Source: Amoebidium appalachense
Taxonomy: Eukaryota > Protista > Ichthyosporea
Assembly: GCA_963693365.1 (NCBI GenBank)
Contig: CAVNZM010000014.1
Coordinates: forward strand, 1,116,001-1,180,000
Length of the DNA: 64,000 nucleotides
Reading direction: 5' to 3'
The notes under the pieces are model-generated. The model searched no databases and was not told the DNA's origin. It saw only the letters and a list, made by a program, of their open reading frames with translations. The translations under genes and the position numbers were made by a program. Position 1 is the first letter of the stretch. The number at the start of each line of letters is the position of its first letter. Of the stretch, positions 25,022 through 64,000 are shown piece by piece.

Positions 25022-27154
25022 TCACACAGTGTGTGGCGAAGGAACCCCATCCCTACCCGTCGAATTTCCATCTTTAGGCGGTATTTTCTTTGGTGTGCGC
25101 AAAATCCTTCCGGTTCCTGTTGAAATTCCCGTTCCGATCGGTCGTTCACTCGACCCATTCCCTCCATTCCCTCCCGAATTTTCCTCTCTCTTTTCCTCTC
25201 CGCACGGTTCGTCTTTTGTTTGGAAACCCAAACTTCGCACATGCCGATTCAAAACATGCTGCTGGAAAGTCTCCAATCGCACAAAAGTAGCGCCTTCGCA
25301 CTCACCCCACGGGCACAAAAACATTTTCCCATCTTTCGTGTGCGCGGAATGCACATGTTGGATGAGCTCCGCCCTCCTCTTAAACTTCACGCCGCACGAC
25401 GGGACGAAACAACAGAGGGTCTCGCTGACAAAAACGAGGTCGGACAACTCAAGTCTCAACCGTTTGTATTTTTGCTTCCCTTCCGTGTTCGCCTTTGCAT
25501 GTGCCCTTTTCTCCGTTTTTCTGGGTGTTTCCAACACCGGAATATCCGTTCTAGAAACGTCTTCCGTACGTTCATCCTCCGCTCCACCTTCCACCTCGTT
25601 CACCTCCGTCTTTTCAACAGTCATGTCCAACCCCGAATCAACTATATCCCCTTGTTGTTCTGAACGAGCAGGGGCCAATTGCAGAGCTGCATTAACATTT
25701 CCATTTTCCGCCTTTTCCTCTGTAATCGATTCCTCGAGTTCTTTCTTTCCATCTTCCCTTTCATCCCCCCCATTCGGTTCTCTTGGGAGTTCAGGGTCGA
25801 TCGGACCATCCTCGGGTTCCGTATGGGTCGCCTCGTTTCCCCGCTCAGCGCCCTCTGCATCCGCCTGCTCATGTTCCGTTCGCTTGACACGGTTGCCCGC
25901 CTTCCCTCGTCCATGCTCACCCTTACGTTCTTGCTCGTCGTTCTTGCTGGCTAACGAATCGGTCACGTTTCTCCAATTCCGAAAAACGTTATGGGGGGAT
26001 GGAACGTTGGGTAGTGTGGTGGTAACAGTGTGAGAGGAAAATATGATCTCCACCTCGTGTGTGTTTTGAAGCAAAGACAAATCCAGAACTAACCGTCGTT
26101 TATCCGCTTGTGTATGCTCCGAGGTCGTACCGTTCACCACCGTCCCGTCAGGCCCAAATTTGACAACCGTGCATGCATGCTTGGATTCCTGTGGTGCAGA
26201 ATCGCTGTGCATGTTTACTGATTCTCGTTGCTCTTCAGATAAACCAGCACGCGGATTTGGGGCCGTGGGTTTGTTTCGTGCACGTTCAGAAGGTGTCAGG
26301 GAACCCGTGAGTCTGTGTGCTCCAGCTGACGACTCGTTTCCATCCCGTTGTAACCCGATTCGACCTTGCTCCAAGTAAACCCGATTCGACTTTGCTCCAA
26401 GTAACGTGTCCTGTTCATTATTTCTCTTGGGAGAGGCTGGCTCTGTGGGTGCCGAAGCAGGATTCGATTTGAAAAATGGGACCTCCCCCTCCCTCTCGTC
26501 TTGAATAGTGCGCTGTTGTTGTGTGTTATTGCTTGTATCTCCAGTTTCTGGTTGCACCGGAGCATTTACAACTTCCTCCGTTGTGTTTGTTAGCTCTGGG
26601 GATGCGGGCTCCGTCTTCACACTAAGAAACACAGGTGCCTTCTCATTTGCTTTTTTGCGTGAAGTGCTGTCATTCGTGCTGTTGTTTTGAGCCTGTGTCT
26701 CGAAAGAGGGGAGTGACGCGGGGGTGGGCGGAAAAGGGGGTGTGCTTGTGTATGTTGGCGCAGGTGTTTGCGTGATGTTAGGAATAACACGGTGTGGGTC
26801 TCTAACAGACGGTGGTTTGGGTTTAAGGGGAGGCAATTTTGACGTCTTGTGGTCAGTATTACGGTGTGTGATAATAAGTTGGGGGTTGTCAAATTCCCTC
26901 CCACAGCCACTAACAGAGCATACAACGCCATCAACACGCTGCTTCTTTGTGCTGCCCCTTTTATCATCGTCTCCAGAGGGTCTGGAATTCCTCTCACTCT
27001 CTCCCTCTCCCGTATGGTTTGATTGTGTGCTTTGTGGGTGTTTCCTATGAATATGTTCGTTCATTTGCCTATAGAGGTTGCAGCTAAAGTCAGGGCAACG
27101 TGGGCACTTGAGCCTCCCCTCCTCCGGCTCTCCTTTTATGTAATCTTCAGACAT
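25022..27154 (-). CDS. Intronless C2H2 zinc-finger protein, 710 aa (2 N-terminal + 2 C-terminal fingers, long disordered linker)
   Basis: Uninterrupted non-repetitive ORF; fingers CPRC..HIHRKH, CSVSGC..HRNTDH, CFVPSC..HVHSAH, CPWGEC..HVLNRH; SUMO-consensus IKGE and VKTEPASP. Confidence 0.85.
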   Translation of the reverse strand: MSEDYIKGEPEEGRLKCPRCPDFSCNLYRQMNEHIHRKHPQSTQSNHTGEGESERNSRPSGDDDKRGSTKKQRVDGVVCSVSGCGREFDNPQLIITHRNTDHKTSKLPPLKPKPPSVRDPHRVIPNITQTPAPTYTSTPPFPPTPASLPSFETQAQNNSTNDSTSRKKANEKAPVFLSVKTEPASPELTNTTEEVVNAPVQPETGDTSNNTQQQRTIQDEREGEVPFFKSNPASAPTEPASPKRNNEQDTLLGAKSNRVYLEQGRIGLQRDGNESSAGAHRLTGSLTPSERARNKPTAPNPRAGLSEEQRESVNMHSDSAPQESKHACTVVKFGPDGTVVNGTTSEHTQADKRRLVLDLSLLQNTHEVEIIFSSHTVTTTLPNVPSPHNVFRNWRNVTDSLASKNDEQERKGEHGRGKAGNRVKRTEHEQADAEGAERGNEATHTEPEDGPIDPELPREPNGGDEREDGKKELEESITEEKAENGNVNAALQLAPARSEQQGDIVDSGLDMTVEKTEVNEVEGGAEDERTEDVSRTDIPVLETPRKTEKRAHAKANTEGKQKYKRLRLELSDLVFVSETLCCFVPSCGVKFKRRAELIQHVHSAHTKDGKMFLCPWGECEGATFVRLETFQQHVLNRHVRSLGFQTKDEPCGEEKREENSGGNGGNGSSERPIGTGISTGTGRILRTPKKIPPKDGNSTGRDGVPSPHTV

Positions 27155-27270
27155 TTTCCATGGAACATTACACTAGCCATAGAAAGTACTCACTACCACA
27201 CAAGTGTTTTCTGTGAGTGGCAGCGAGAAAGTTTCACTAAAAATAGATCACTAAAATAGACCCTTCAGTG

Positions 27271-29716
<2,446 letters not shown>

Positions 29717-29766
29717 CTTCAGTGTCAGCGCCATTACATCCCCAGGCCGGCTGGGCTACCCCACAC

Positions 29767-30348
29767 GAAGTGGGCGACTATACCTCACCCATATATCCAA
29801 ACCTAAACCCAGATTCCTAGATTTAATATTAGTATTGACGGTCGATTGGATAGCGAAATATTGTGTTTCAATCTGCTACCAATCATCGCGTGGTCAGATA
29901 TGCCATAGATCACCATCGAGCACCTGAATTTTATAAGAAAAGCGCCTCTTTGATAGCACATCTTTTCCAAATAAGGCAGGTAATTTGGGTTTCACGGTTC
30001 AAAATCTGGGTTTGAGATAGGAATCTATTATAGAAGGGGGGGGGGGGGGGGGGGAGGGTCTTCCAGATTCCCAAACCCAAACCCAAATCTTCAGCGACAA
30101 CAAGATGAAGCAAGAAAACGCCAAGAACTAAGATGTTAAGCATATTTCTGGTACAATTTCGGCCTAAAAATATTATCTTATCAAGTAACATTAATATTTG
30201 TATGTTTTATAATGCTTTACTATAGTATATATTCTTTGTTTCTTCATAGGCGTGGTGCGAAGCGGCGGTCATGCCGCATGCGTGACATCTGGGTTTAAAT
30301 TCTGTGTTTGGGTTTGGGTATTTGGGTACGGTATAGTCGCCCAGCTTC
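29767..30348. mobile_element. Putative older MITE-like element with ~50-bp imperfect inverted ends
   Basis: TGGGCGACTATACC (29771-29784) is the exact reverse complement of GGTATAGTCGCCCA (30330-30343); similarity extends through AAACCCA/TGGGTTT subterminal repeats; no TSD recognised. Confidence 0.55.
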
Positions 30349-30885
30349 AAACACTGTCACCTACTGAGGGGACTCGTATTTTTCCTTACACACACAGCGA
30401 ACACTGGACTCTCGGGACCGTAGAGCCGCCGCGAGAGAAAGCATGCACGCGGTCGCGAGAGTGTAAGGAAAAATAGATAGGTGTGAGGCGAACGTGAAGT
30501 TCAAAGCAGCCCAGGCACCGTCAGTACGTGCCAGCTTCAAACACCCATTCCTTCCTAGGTCTCTTTCTGCAACCCCCCCCCTCCCCCTCCCCCCCCCCCC
30601 CCCCCCCCCCCTCCCCCCCTCCGCCCCACTCCCCCCAAACACACACACACATACCTCACAAATGGTCCTTACTCCGGGCCCTCTCCTGTCCGCTCGATAA
30701 AACACTCCCTCCTCATACTTACTTGCTGTTCGACTCAACCCTCAACAGTTGGCCAAGCTATGGCGGTCTTACCTTCTGTCTCCTAGCCTCGTTCTTCAAT
30801 ACTTGGCCCCTCGCCCCTTATTGTTTTTTTCTGGACAGAGGCCGCCACCATAGTTCGTCTTCTTCTTCACTGCTATCATACGAAC

Positions 30886-31659
30886 ATGGCTCGTCGATTT
30901 CGCTGCCACTACGTGGGATGTGGCGCAACTGAATACCACTGGGAAAGTTCGCTCAAGGAGCATCTTGAGAGGGTACACGAAACCACCAACCCTTATGTTT
31001 GCCCGGTAAAAACGTGTGCCGTTCCATTCACGTCACAAAGGAGATTGGATAATCACATAAGGGACAGGCACGATGGTGACAAAAGTGAGCCAGAAGTGCA
31101 GGCCAAACGGAGAGCAAATGGGCATGTTCGTGGGAAGAGTGGAGGGGAGCAAAGTGAAGATGTCTGGGAAGGGACTGTGGAGAACGCAAGGGAGGAGCAA
31201 CATGAAGAGGATGATTGGGAGGGGGAGCTTTCTGGACCCCCACTTATTATCCCTGTGAAGGGGATCGGCGTGTTGAGAAACGTCAAAACGAAAATACCTA
31301 AGTTCAACGGCTCCAAAACGACACAGGAACACACACAAAGAACACCACCTTCAACAAGGAGATTGAGAAGACGTGCAACAAGGGAGTCATTCTCTGCAAA
31401 TGATTCAAGCGATGAATCCTCGGGTGGGGAACTGCTTTCAGCACTGAGAGAGGAGGCGCACAAACGAAGAAGGGTGCAGTGCATGTGGGATGGATGTGGT
31501 ATGTATTTTACGCAAAAGGAGTATTTGAATCGGCACGTGGAAGAACATGCGTTTGGGCGGTTGGTCGTGGTGTGCAGGGTTAAGGGTTGTGAGGAGGAAC
31601 TGAGAAGTGTCGGGGAAAGGAAAGTACATATGGAGAAAGTTCATAACAAAAGCTCGTAA
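30886..31659 (+). CDS. C2H2 zinc-finger protein with intronless CDS, 257 aa (2+2 fingers)
   Basis: Fingers CHYVGC..HLERVH, CPVKTC..HIRDRH, CMWDGC..HVEEH, CRVKGC..HMEKVH; possible 5' UTR intron 30481-30838 (GTGTGA..GACAG). Confidence 0.85.
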   Translation: MARRFRCHYVGCGATEYHWESSLKEHLERVHETTNPYVCPVKTCAVPFTSQRRLDNHIRDRHDGDKSEPEVQAKRRANGHVRGKSGGEQSEDVWEGTVENAREEQHEEDDWEGELSGPPLIIPVKGIGVLRNVKTKIPKFNGSKTTQEHTQRTPPSTRRLRRRATRESFSANDSSDESSGGELLSALREEAHKRRRVQCMWDGCGMYFTQKEYLNRHVEEHAFGRLVVVCRVKGCEEELRSVGERKVHMEKVHNKSS

Positions 31660-32394
31660 ATGTACGTGTTGATCATCAAAACAAGGGCTGATGTTTAGAT
31701 CTTGTGAATTGGGCTGTTGTCTAGATCTTATGAATGAATGCTATAAGCAAAAGCATTGTATTAGGTGCATACTGGATGCATACTGGTACTAATAAAAGTG
31801 AGGAACAAAACTTTTACATTCTGTAGCAACTTACTTTACCAAGACTTACTTTCTATGGGCCCAACCATGTGGGGGTCACGTGGGTGTGTTGGTGTGTGGC
31901 CGATGACTGCGAGCTTGCATCAAAGTTTAGCCAAAAGGTTCGGTTGCGGTGATGCAACGTGGTGGTAGTATTTGCGTCTGTGTACATGTACACGGGTGTG
32001 TGTGTGTGTGTGTGTGTGTTGAAGGGGGAGGAGGTGGGGAGATAGGTAGAGGTGGCGGTGGTTGTTGTTGTGTGTGTGTATATATATACTGGTGGTGGTG
32101 GTGCTGGGGGGCGGGGGGAGCCTCAGGGGGGGGGAGGGGAGGGCGGAGGACGGGGGGGGGGGGGGGGGGGGGGGGGGTTAGAAATCGTTTAGAACTATAC
32201 GCTAGGCACCCCGGGGGAGCCGGATTCGGAGGGGAAGGGGGGGAGGGGGAACTTCCGGGTGCCGGGAAGGAGGGGTGTTCAAACTTTTGTTTCACCCAGC
32301 ACATATACATACATCAAGAACGTCGACAGCTTACGCTAACTCAGTCAGTTTCAAACCAACCGAGTGTGTGTACACGTGTGGTGCAAGTCGTGGT

Positions 32395-32428
<34 letters not shown>

Positions 32429-32447
32429 TGTGTGTGTGTGTGTTGGT

Positions 32448-32482
<35 letters not shown>

Positions 32483-32653
32483 CTGCTCAGAGTACTAAAT
32501 ACAAGCCGTGACAAAAGAAAAAAAAGGGTTCAAGTATGACTTTTACTGCCGGGCATCAAAATAATAAATGCAAGGGCGGGTGGGTGGGTTAATTTGTGTG
32601 TGTGTGTGTGTTTGTGTGTGTGTGGTGGTAGTGGGGGGGGGGGGGGGGGGGGG

Positions 32654-32716
<63 letters not shown>

Positions 32717-33055
32717 AGAGGGAGAGAGAGAGAGAGAGGGAGAGAGAGAGAATTGTCTTTTGATTACATTACACAGTGCACAGACCCAGGATGAAAGTCC
32801 AAGGAGGGCACATGATGCTACGATAGATCATATCAAAACCAGACAGAAAGAGTCTTCTCTTACTCGAAGCTATAGGTCAGAAACCGGAAATTGGGAATTT
32901 AGGTGTTAAGCACGGGCATCAGGAACAAACGTTACAACACAGATGAACCCGTGAACATAAAAACCGCAGGCCCCATGTTACCAGGCCCTGAACCGGCAGG
33001 AACCTGGGGGTGGTGTGTGTGTGTGTGTGTGTGTGTGTGGGAGGGGCGGGCGGCT

Positions 33056-33057
<2 letters not shown>

Positions 33058-33092
<35 letters not shown>

Positions 33093-33180
33093 AGGTATAA
33101 TGCTAAGCATTGTACGACGTACAATTACACGGTGGGAAAACACGGTGCAGGACACATGCAACCACAAGTCATCGACGATG
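33058..33180 (-). mobile_element. Diverged minus-strand copy E of the poly-C-ending element
   Basis: Reverse complement reads TTGCATGTGTCCTGCACCGTG...GTACGTCGTAC...GCATTATACCTT then poly-C; shares TTGCATGTGTCCTGCACC with 270-385. Confidence 0.55.
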
Positions 33181-33271
33181 GTGGTGGTGGTGGTGGTGGT
33201 GGTGGTTGTGTGTGTGTGTGTGTGTGTGTGCGTGGGTGTATGTGTATGTGTGTGTGTGTGTGTGTGTGTGC

Positions 33272-33317
<46 letters not shown>

Positions 33318-33608
33318 GTGTGTGTGGGTGTGTCTGTGTGTGTGTGTATGTGTGTGTGTGTGTGGGGGGGGGGGGGGGCAAGATTCGCTCCCTCAGGAGC
33401 ACAGACACGATTTGAATTCATGTATTGAATGTTGAAACCATCAAAAGGTGCCCGTTTATTCGAGATGTAAAGGTTGATTCCAAAAGCAAAAAGCAAATCT
33501 GCCTTGGCAGCACGTCAGTTTCCGGGCACATACAACACCAGGAACAGAAAGTAGGTGTTTTCATTGGTCAAAAATCACACGTTCGGTATCCGCTACATTC
33601 TTCGGCCG

Positions 33609-37092
<3,484 letters not shown>

Positions 37093-37399
37093 TTTTCAAG
37101 ACGTTTTGGGTAATGGATTACAGAATGGGGGACAGAAAAGTTGATAAAATGAGCTCTTGGCTGGGTTCTAGGGTGTCAAGTTCTTTAAAGGAAGCCTTTG
37201 TTCAAGAGGTTGCGCGTGGTTCGGGTGAATAAGGCAGCAGAAAACACCAAAGAACATGAAGATTGAAGAAGGAATGAAAGAGTGTCGTGTTTGATAGAGG
37301 ATGTATTCATTCAGCAGTAACGGTCGTAAGCTAATGTGGAGGACATGTATTTATCCCATAAGGGTGATTTTTCTACAGAAATTGTTGGGTGATGGTAAA

Positions 37400-37745
37400 A
37401 AGAATTTCCGAAGGAAAGCCTTGGTCACGGAAAGTTGTGTGCGAGATGGCGAGCGCAAGCGCAATGTGGTGATGTAGTCTGCCTGTCAGGACTCAGACTC
37501 TTGTGACGTCATCATTACAATTGAGCAAAAGGGGGTAAGCACCTGTAGACTAAAATTGGTCTGGGCCTTGTGCTGTGATATTAAAAAGCAGTTCTGGTCT
37601 TTAAAAGCTACGACATATTTTAAAGTTGGCAAACAGGCAATCTAAACTTTGTAAAACCAATCACAGAGAAGAAAGGATTCCGTAATCGCGCCGCTCAGTT
37701 TTGAGCCTGTCAAGTGCGCGCGCGCTTTCAAAAGAGTTGGAAGAC
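37400..37745. promoter_or_regulatory. Probable bidirectional promoter of MRPL52 and LIG4
   Basis: Head-to-head ATGs 1.3 kb apart; TGACGTCA (CRE) at about 37504 and a CCAAT box at about 37657; microsatellite-free. Confidence 0.45.
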
Positions 37746-37749
37746 AGCC

Positions 37750-37886
37750 CTACCACCTACCACCTACTGAGGCGGTGTCTCCTTTTTTTTTTTTTTTTTT
37801 GCCGCCTAAGTAGATGTAAAAACGTCGCACGTGCAGCAACACGTCAGTACGTGTTAGCCCTACCACCTACTGAGGCGGTGTCTCCC

Positions 37887-37939
<53 letters not shown>

Positions 37940-37998
37940 AAGCCGCCTCAAGTAGATGTATAACGTCGCACGTGCGGCAACACGTCAGTACGTGTTAG
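37750..37998 (+). mobile_element. Head-to-tail dimer of a ~110-140 bp MITE with imperfect 21-bp TIRs and 9-bp TSD
   Basis: Unit CTACCACCTACTGAGGCGGTG-polyT-AGTAGATGT..CAACACGTCAGTACGTGTTAG twice; flanks AAGACAGCC (37741-37749) and AAGACACCC (37999-38007), 8/9 identical. Confidence 0.75.
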
Positions 37999-38415
37999 AA
38001 GACACCCAAGCCTTGCAGCTTTGTTTTTGCCTTTATCTATGCCATGCAACAGTCTGTCGCAGTTTCTGGTCTGTAAAGTTGGGGAACACATCAGTTGCAC
38101 GGTTAACTTCCGGCTCCTTCTGTTTTTCTGCCAACACACACTTCTCGGACGGACCCGTCAAGCTCATTCCCAACCCCCCCCCCCCCCCCCCCCCCCCTCC
38201 TCTCTCCCCCCCCCCCCCCCCCCCCAACACACACACACACACACACACTAGGGGCCGTCCCCTTCTCCTTTCACTTATGCGTTCGTGCATACATTGTTCG
38301 CTTCAGAACACACTACATACCATGAACACACACTACATACCATGAACACACCGGGAAAGATATAGACGCACATGCCAAAGGTTATTCTCACGGTGCCATC
38401 TTTTGCTCTTGCACC

Positions 38416-62392
<23,977 letters not shown>

Positions 62393-62927
62393 ACTCATGT
62401 GTTGGGCTACTGTAGTAATAACAGATTGTTGTATGCAGAACGAATGATTCTGTTTGACAGTGATGATTATCTGGAGTGAATGTTTTAACTAGATGGACTG
62501 TATGCTTGAAGGTACGCCTTTTGAAATAGTGCTATTTACCTGTATAAGTACATACCCAAAATAAAACAAAATAAAACAAGGAAATGACAATTATGTGGAC
62601 TTCAAGGAATACATATAGTTGAATCTGCACCATGCGTGCGCACACACTGCGACACACACAGCACACACACACACACACACACGTGTACACCCACAAACAC
62701 ACATACGTACACTCACGCATGTGCAGCACACACACGCACAGGGCCACACATTCACCTCTGTTTACGACTTGTCTTCAAGTCGTACTATGTGCCATGAATG
62801 TTAATGTGAGCATGTTAAATCCATAAAAACGACTTTATCGATATCAAATAAATTGTATTGGTGGCTGCCAGGCTCTTTGGCACCTGATCCCTGTGTGACC
62901 AGTCACAATTGCAACCTAGGGGGCGCC

Positions 62928-63046
62928 CTAACACGTACTGACGTGTTGCCGCACGTACGATTAACATCTACTCGTCCCTTTTAAGTAAAAAATAAAATAA
63001 AAAATAAAAAAATAAAAAAATGAGACACCGCCTCAGTAGGTGGTAG
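62928..63046 (-). mobile_element. Single copy of the MITE found at 37750, inverted orientation
   Basis: Same unit on the minus strand; perfect 9-bp TSD GGGGGCGCC at 62919-62927 and 63047-63055. Confidence 0.8.
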
Positions 63047-63098
63047 GGGGGCGCCCCTCCTCCCCTCTTTATTGACAAAGTCTTGCGTACGCGCGCGC

Positions 63099-63188
<90 letters not shown>

Positions 63189-64000
63189 TGTGTCTGTCTG
63201 TCTGTGAGACTTAGTATATATGTATGTGTGTGTGTTCACGTGCACGTGTGTGTGCGTGTGTGCAGGTTTGCGTGTGTGTGCGTGTGTCGGTGGGTGAGTA
63301 TCGATGTCACGCGGACGTGCACGCGCGTGTACACGTGTGCGTGGAGGGGGAGGGGAGGAGGCCTCTATCTAGGGCCCCTCGGATCCCGGTAGATTGAAGT
63401 GCGTGCTTCTGCAGGCTGCAGTGTCGACTATGTTTACACACCTTTAATACTGAGCCTTACAGTAGTAAAAACCTGGCAAGTTTTTACTTAAGCTTTGTTT
63501 TTCGTGTAGCTTGGATGAAAAGAGAACGAGGCCTTGCATGCCTTGGGCTGCAAGTTGGGCAGTGACGCAAGCGCTTGCGTCACAGTCTCACAGCTAGAGC
63601 TGCTAGACTCACAGTCCAAATATTAATGCATTAATAAAATCTATCTGATTTATTTACACGGCGATTACGACCTCTCCACTGAGTTATTGGGCAAGTATTT
63701 GATATAAATACCAGACACCAGCAGCAGTTGAGGCAGGTAGGAGTAATAGTTAGGACTAATAAACTATGCTTTGTCCGAGGCTGTAATACATACACATATA
63801 AACTTTTGAAAAGCGTTACAGTGCTACCTTGTGAGCAAGTTGGCAAGTTGTGACCGTGGCACCGCGCCGTGCCCAGTGGCCACCAATCGAATAGCCATAT
63901 ACGGTTAAAAAATCGCATACCATCCGGGCTGACCACCAATAGCCAGGCTTTATTTTAACGCTGATAAGGTCGTCATCCCCCAAAACTCCGGAACGAAAAG

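Noticed and set aside
31340-31360. TPPST in the small zinc-finger protein as an Fbw7 phosphodegron linking it to the neighbouring FBXW7 gene
   Set aside because: Short motif common in disordered regions; adjacency in eukaryotes does not imply a substrate relationship.

Overview
Eukaryotic, very intron-dense DNA, saturated with poly-C/poly-G runs and (CA)/(GT)/(GA)/(TGCG) microsatellites. Gene content (mL52, Fbw7-type F-box) fits a holozoan or animal relative, but the taxon cannot be fixed from this window. Almost all ORFs in the supplied track are microsatellite artefacts. Manual GT-AG splicing gives phase-consistent models for an orphan low-complexity gene (-, about 1.8-10.4 kb), FBXW7/Cdc4-like (+, 12219-22529, 14 exons, 570 aa), MRPL52 (-, 33609-37092) and DNA ligase IV (+, 38416-62392, 30 exons, about 933 aa, one apparent 1-nt frameshift and one GC-AG intron). 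Two divergent intronless 2+2 C2H2 zinc-finger genes (25022-27154 -, 30886-31659 +) are separated by a 2.4-kb hAT-type foldback element made largely of (GT)n/(CA)n arms and by a second inverted-repeat element. Also present: a small MITE with 9-bp TSDs on both sides of LIG4, a dispersed element with variable 5' ends that always terminates in poly-C, and decayed tandem echoes of exon ends inside introns. The most interesting signal is that the simple repeats are anchored to splice sites in a strand-specific way, suggesting a repeat-based splicing code. All models were made by eye with no database or RNA evidence.
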